Assembly: GCA_963813535.1 (NCBI GenBank)
Contig: CAWEZH010000002.1
Location: forward strand, 448,001-512,000
Direction of reading: 5' to 3'
DNA from: an uncultured Chloroflexia bacterium
GTDB lineage: Bacteria; Chloroflexota; Limnocylindria; Limnocylindrales; CSP1-4
Length of the DNA: 64,000 bases
Made by a program: the position numbers and the translations under genes. This document shows, piece by piece, positions 60,264 to 64,000 of the stretch. The stretch's first letter is position 1. Each line of letters starts with the position of its first letter. The notes under the pieces were generated by a model. It saw nothing but the letters and a program-made list of their open reading frames with translations, was not told where the DNA came from and did no database searches.

Positions 60264-60938
60264 ATGCCTCGCCCGTCACCTGCCGATCGCCGCGCCTTCG
60301 TTCGGCGAAACACGCGCATCCAGCCCGTGCCCGACGCACCGGGGGTCCACCTGCACCTCGCCGACGACGTGGCGGTCGCGTATCGCCACGCCGCCGCGGA
60401 ACTGGGCGAGTCCGACCCGGGCCTGCCGTTCTGGGCGTTCGCGTGGGCGGGCGGCCTCGGCATCGCCCGCTATCTCGGGGAGCATCCCGACGAGGTGGCC
60501 GGCCGTCGCGTCGTCGATGTCGCTTCGGGATCAGGGCTCTGTGCCATCGTCGCCGCGCGCGCGGGAGCCAGCTCGGTGCGGGCGGTCGATATCGATCCGC
60601 TCTCGGAGGCCGCGGTAGCCCTCAACGCCCGGGTCAATGGGGTCCGGGTCGGGTTCACCCGCAGCGACCCGCTCGCTGGACCCCCGCCGTCATGCGACGT
60701 GATCCTTGCCGGCGACGTCTGCTACGAGCAGACCATGGGCAGTCGCATGATCGATTGGCTCCGGATGGCAGCGGCGCATGGCACGCGCGTGCTGGTCGGC
60801 GACCCGGGACGGAAATACCTGCCACCGGGGCTCGAGCGATTGGCGACTTACCAGGTCACGACGACGCGGGAACTCGAGGACCGGACGCTGAAGCAGACGT
60901 CGGTGTTCACGATCCCGGCAGCGGGATCCGGTCCGTGA
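60264..60938 (+). CDS. Class I SAM-dependent methyltransferase (nicotinamide N-methyase/lysine methyltransferase-like)
   Basis: Motifs PFWAFAWAGG, DVASGSG, AGDVCYE and GDPGRKYLP. Confidence 0.88.
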   Translation: MPRPSPADRRAFVRRNTRIQPVPDAPGVHLHLADDVAVAYRHAAAELGESDPGLPFWAFAWAGGLGIARYLGEHPDEVAGRRVVDVASGSGLCAIVAARAGASSVRAVDIDPLSEAAVALNARVNGVRVGFTRSDPLAGPPPSCDVILAGDVCYEQTMGSRMIDWLRMAAAHGTRVLVGDPGRKYLPPGLERLATYQVTTTRELEDRTLKQTSVFTIPAAGSGP

Positions 60939-61762
60939 CAGCGGACCGCGACAGGAGGACGGTGGCCGCGTTCGCCGTCGTGGCAGTCACCCTGGTCGGC
61001 CTCGCGATCGCCCTTGGTTTCGTTCGGGGCGGGGCAGTCGTATCGGATCCGCTGATCACGCCTTCCCCGAACGGGAGCCAGGTTGACGAGGCGCTCTTCG
61101 GATCAGTGACGGCGTTCGGCGACGGCCCGGGACTGGTCGCGCTCGTGAGCGTGCTTGCCATCTCCCTGGTCGCGCTCGGTCGGTCAGCGGACGCCGTGTT
61201 CGTCGCGGTCGCTTCGGCCGGCGCAGCGGTGATCACCCGCGTGACGAAGGTCCTCTATCACGCTCCGAGACCGAGTGTGCTCGAGGGCGCCAACGGCGTC
61301 TCCGTCGAGATCCCGGGTGAGATCGTGGTGATCGGGATAGTGGTCATCGTGGCTATCGCGATCCTCCGGGGATGGGGGGTCCGGGCCGTGGTGGCGGGAG
61401 CCATCGTGCTCGGCCTCCTATTGCTCGAACGGACCGCGAACCGGCTCCTCCCGTTCGATCCGGGCTTCAATTCGTTCCCGAGCGGCCACGCACTCAGCTC
61501 GGCGTCGTTCGCCACCGCCGTCATCCTGATCGCGTGGCCCGACCGTCGCCTCCGGTGGCCGGCCTTGATCATCGGGGTCGGTTACGCGCTCGCGGTGGGC
61601 GTTTCCCGGATGTACCTCGGTGTCCATTACCCGGCCGACGTGGCCGCGGGCTGGTGTCTCGGGGTCGCCTGGACGGTCGTCTGGTGGATCCTGTGGCGAG
61701 CTGCGCGTCGTCGCTGGCCATCGGCGCTTGGCGCACGCCCCGCGGCCGCATCCGGGGCCTAG
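60935..61762 (+). CDS. PAP2-family membrane phosphatase
   Basis: Motifs KVLYHAPRP, SFPSGH and SRMYLGVHYPADV. GTGA overlap with the upstream gene. Confidence 0.9.
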   Translation: MTADRDRRTVAAFAVVAVTLVGLAIALGFVRGGAVVSDPLITPSPNGSQVDEALFGSVTAFGDGPGLVALVSVLAISLVALGRSADAVFVAVASAGAAVITRVTKVLYHAPRPSVLEGANGVSVEIPGEIVVIGIVVIVAIAILRGWGVRAVVAGAIVLGLLLLERTANRLLPFDPGFNSFPSGHALSSASFATAVILIAWPDRRLRWPALIIGVGYALAVGVSRMYLGVHYPADVAAGWCLGVAWTVVWWILWRAARRRWPSALGARPAAASGA

Positions 61763-62991
61763 CTCTTCCGGCCGAACCCGAACCGACGCCCCTTCCGCTC
61801 CACCTCCGCCACAGGCTGGCTGTATCCGTCCGACCCGAATGCCGCGGTGCTCAACCTGACCAGCTGCTCGGCCGCGGGGGAGCGCGGCGCACCCAGCACG
61901 ACAGGCACTCCCTCGTTGACCGCCTTGAGGTAGAGGAACGGGTCGTATGGCAGGTCGGCCGAGATCCGCGAACCGATCGCCGACTCGACGTCGCGCTGCT
62001 TGAGGAGTTCGCGCGCGAACATGTTGTTGAGCACGAACGTCGACTTGCCGTTGATCGAGCCGGTCTCGTTCAGGTAATCGAGCAGGCCGTGGACGGCCTT
62101 GAGCGCGGAGATCTCCGGGTGGACCGGGAGCACGATCGTCTCGGCTGCTTCGAATACCCGCAGCGCACGCTCGTCGAGCACCGACCCGGCATCGACGACG
62201 ACCGCGTCGTACGCGTCGAGCAGCGTGCTGAGGATGTGCGATACGTGATCCGCGCTGATCAGCTCCGATGCCTCCGGGGACGCCGGCGCCGCCAGGACAT
62301 GGAGGCCGCTGTCGTGCCGTGTGGCATAGGACTTGAGGACGTCCGGCTCGCGCAGCGCGGCCTCTTCGCGCACCGCATCGGCGATGGTCAGCTTCGGCTC
62401 GAGGTTGAGATGCGTCGCGACGCCACCGAATTGGAGGCTGAGGTCGACGAGGATCACCCGGTCGGCCTTCCGCTGGGCCGCCACCACCGCGATATTCGTC
62501 GCGATGGTCGTCGTCCCGACCCCGCCCTTGGGGCTGTAGACCGCGACCGACCGCCGGGGCCGACCGAGGGTGAGCCCGTCCGATGAGACGACCGGCGCGA
62601 AGTCGCGTGAGCGCTGGAATCGGAGGAGCAGTGCCTCGACGCGCGCCTCGACCTCACGGGCGTCGAACGGACGCGCCACGACGTCGTCGGCACCAGCCTC
62701 GAGGAAGCTGATGCGCTCCTCGACGTCATCGCTGGCGGCGACGCACAGGATGGGGACGGCCGACATCGCCGGGGTGGCCCGGAGCTCGCGGCACAGCTCG
62801 ATGCCGCCCTTGCCTTTGGCAGGTGCGGTCCCGACATCGACGACGGCGAGCTGGTGGTCGGCCACCTTCTCGATCGCTTCGGCGGCGTCGGTGGTACGGG
62901 TGACGGTGTACCCGGCGGAGGTGAGGATCGGACCGAGTGAGGCATCCCCGGTCGTGGAGGACTCGAGGACGAGGATCGTGCTAGCGGGCAA
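61759..62991 (-). CDS. cpaE: Receiver-domain plus MinD-like ATPase, CpaE/TadZ pilus assembly protein
   Basis: N-terminal REC-like domain. Motifs SPKGGVGTTT, DLSLQFG, HDSGLHVLAAP and AVNEGVP. TTG start with GGAG upstream. Confidence 0.8.
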   Translation of the reverse strand: MPASTILVLESSTTGDASLGPILTSAGYTVTRTTDAAEAIEKVADHQLAVVDVGTAPAKGKGGIELCRELRATPAMSAVPILCVAASDDVEERISFLEAGADDVVARPFDAREVEARVEALLLRFQRSRDFAPVVSSDGLTLGRPRRSVAVYSPKGGVGTTTIATNIAVVAAQRKADRVILVDLSLQFGGVATHLNLEPKLTIADAVREEAALREPDVLKSYATRHDSGLHVLAAPASPEASELISADHVSHILSTLLDAYDAVVVDAGSVLDERALRVFEAAETIVLPVHPEISALKAVHGLLDYLNETGSINGKSTFVLNNMFARELLKQRDVESAIGSRISADLPYDPFLYLKAVNEGVPVVLGAPRSPAAEQLVRLSTAAFGSDGYSQPVAEVERKGRRFGFGRKS

Positions 62992-63098
62992 TGGATCTCC
63001 GAGTGGGTCTGGTCGAGAGGGAACCGCGCAGAGGATACATCGGGGACCGTCGGGTCCTGTCCGTCGGGTCGGATCTGACCGCGTGCTAGACTAGCGCC

Positions 63099-63176
63099 GG
63101 TTTCCTTTCCGCTCCGTGCCGGATCGGCATGTCCGCCGTCAACGGGGCTATCCCATTGGAAGGAGTCGCAGCGCAG
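63099..63176 (+). ncRNA. Probable S6:S18 ribosomal-protein leader RNA
   Basis: Follows an extended -10 (TGcTAGACT, 63084-63092). It has CTCC, a TGCCG-GAT-CGGCA hairpin and an unpaired CCG (63133-63135). A pyrimidine tract can pair with the GGAAGGAG SD of rpsF. Confidence 0.6.
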
Positions 63177-63614
63177 ATGCGCCGATATGAACTGATGCTC
63201 GTGCTCCGCCCGGATGTCCCGGACGACCGGAGCCAGGCGGTCATCGACCGCACGACCCGCCAGATCACCGCCGCGGGCGGACAGATCACCAAGGTCGCCC
63301 CCTGGGGTCGACGGCGGCTCGCGTACCCCATCGACCGGTACCGTGAGGGCTCGTACCACATCATCCTGTTCCATGCGCCCGGCGAGACCCTCGCCGAGGT
63401 GGAGCATGGCCTGCTCATCACCGAGGAGGTCTTGCGTCACCTGATCACCCGCGACGAGCGGCCGGTCAAGGCCTCGCGCCGAGAGGATGGCGACGACGTC
63501 GAAGACACTGACGACACCGACCTTCCGTCCGGGCTCGACGAGGAAGAGGACGACGACCGCGGCGAGCGGATCGGCGAGGACGAGAGCGAAGCGGCCCCGG
63601 CCGCCATCGACTGA
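63177..63614 (+). CDS. rpsF: 30S ribosomal protein S6
   Basis: Motifs MRRYELMLVLRP, WGRRRLAYPI, EGSY and EVLRHLI, with an AAGGAG SD. Confidence 0.97.
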   Translation: MRRYELMLVLRPDVPDDRSQAVIDRTTRQITAAGGQITKVAPWGRRRLAYPIDRYREGSYHIILFHAPGETLAEVEHGLLITEEVLRHLITRDERPVKASRREDGDDVEDTDDTDLPSGLDEEEDDDRGERIGEDESEAAPAAID

Positions 63615-63625
63615 GGAGCGCGACG

Positions 63626-64000
63626 ATGGCCCTGTGCAAGGTGATGATCATCGGCAACCTCGGGTCGGATCCCGAGATGCGCTATACGCCGACCAACCGT
63701 GCGGTCACGCAGTTCAACGTGGCCGTGAACCAGAGCACGAAGAATCAGCAGACCGGCGAGTGGGTCGAGGAGACCGACTGGTTCCGCGTCAGCGTCTGGG
63801 GTGATCGCGCCGAGCGCATGGCGGAAACGCTGCGCAAGGGCAACAAGGTCTTCGTGGAGGGTCGCTTCAAGACCCGCCAGTTCGAGGGTCGCGATGGCCA
63901 GACGCGGACGTCCCTGGAGATCACCGCCAATTCGATCGTGAACCTCGAGCGTCGCCCGCGAGACGACGATGGTTCCTTCAATGCCGAACCTGCAGGCAGC
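63626..64000 (+). CDS. ssb: Single-stranded DNA-binding protein (partial, runs off window end)
   Basis: Hand translation gives MALCKVMIIGNLGSDPEMRYTP...ETDWFRVSVWG...LRKGNKVFVEGR. Follows rpsF. Confidence 0.96.
   Translation, partial: MALCKVMIIGNLGSDPEMRYTPTNRAVTQFNVAVNQSTKNQQTGEWVEETDWFRVSVWGDRAERMAETLRKGNKVFVEGRFKTRQFEGRDGQTRTSLEITANSIVNLERRPRDDDGSFNAEPAGS

Overview
High-GC bacterial chromosomal window, mostly core genome. It is probably Chloroflexota (Limnocylindria/Ellin6529-like). That is an inference from Gram-positive-type GAAC-N4-GTTC SOS boxes, Tad pilus genes, an F420-type LLM enzyme and the rapZ-yvcK-whiA-tpiA-gpmI-secG-SBP-tRNA-Leu synteny. 1-8.5 kb is the end of a glycan-biosynthesis locus: a GT-C-like membrane protein, an NDP-sugar epimerase, an RmlC-like cupin, two NDP-sugar C-methyltransferases, RfbF, a PIG-L deacetylase and an inserted LLM oxidoreductase. 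Next come terB/BP74-like genes, tRNA-Leu(CAA) and an ECF sigma factor followed by two paralogous, non-canonical zinc-binding anti-sigma-like membrane proteins. 13.7-40.5 kb is a DNA-repair-rich block (polA-mutM-ABC-F-coaE, uvrB, uvrA, a compact UvrD-like helicase, uvrC, recJ) interleaved with a tadE-tadG-cpaB cassette, a HYR-domain protein and secDF. The rest holds pyrF, tatAC, rapZ-yvcK-whiA-tpiA-gpmI-secG, eight more tRNA genes (nine in the window), lemA-htpX, cpaE, rpsF and the start of ssb. I saw no CRISPR array, transposase, integrase, reverse transcriptase or prophage. The most notable signals are the ECF plus twin anti-sigma module, pervasive leaderless promoters (one bidirectional), LexA boxes at uvrA and uvrB, a +1 frameshift in uvrB, unusual tails and insertions on repair and Sec proteins, and two candidate structured RNAs. 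I cannot claim a clearly new system from sequence alone.
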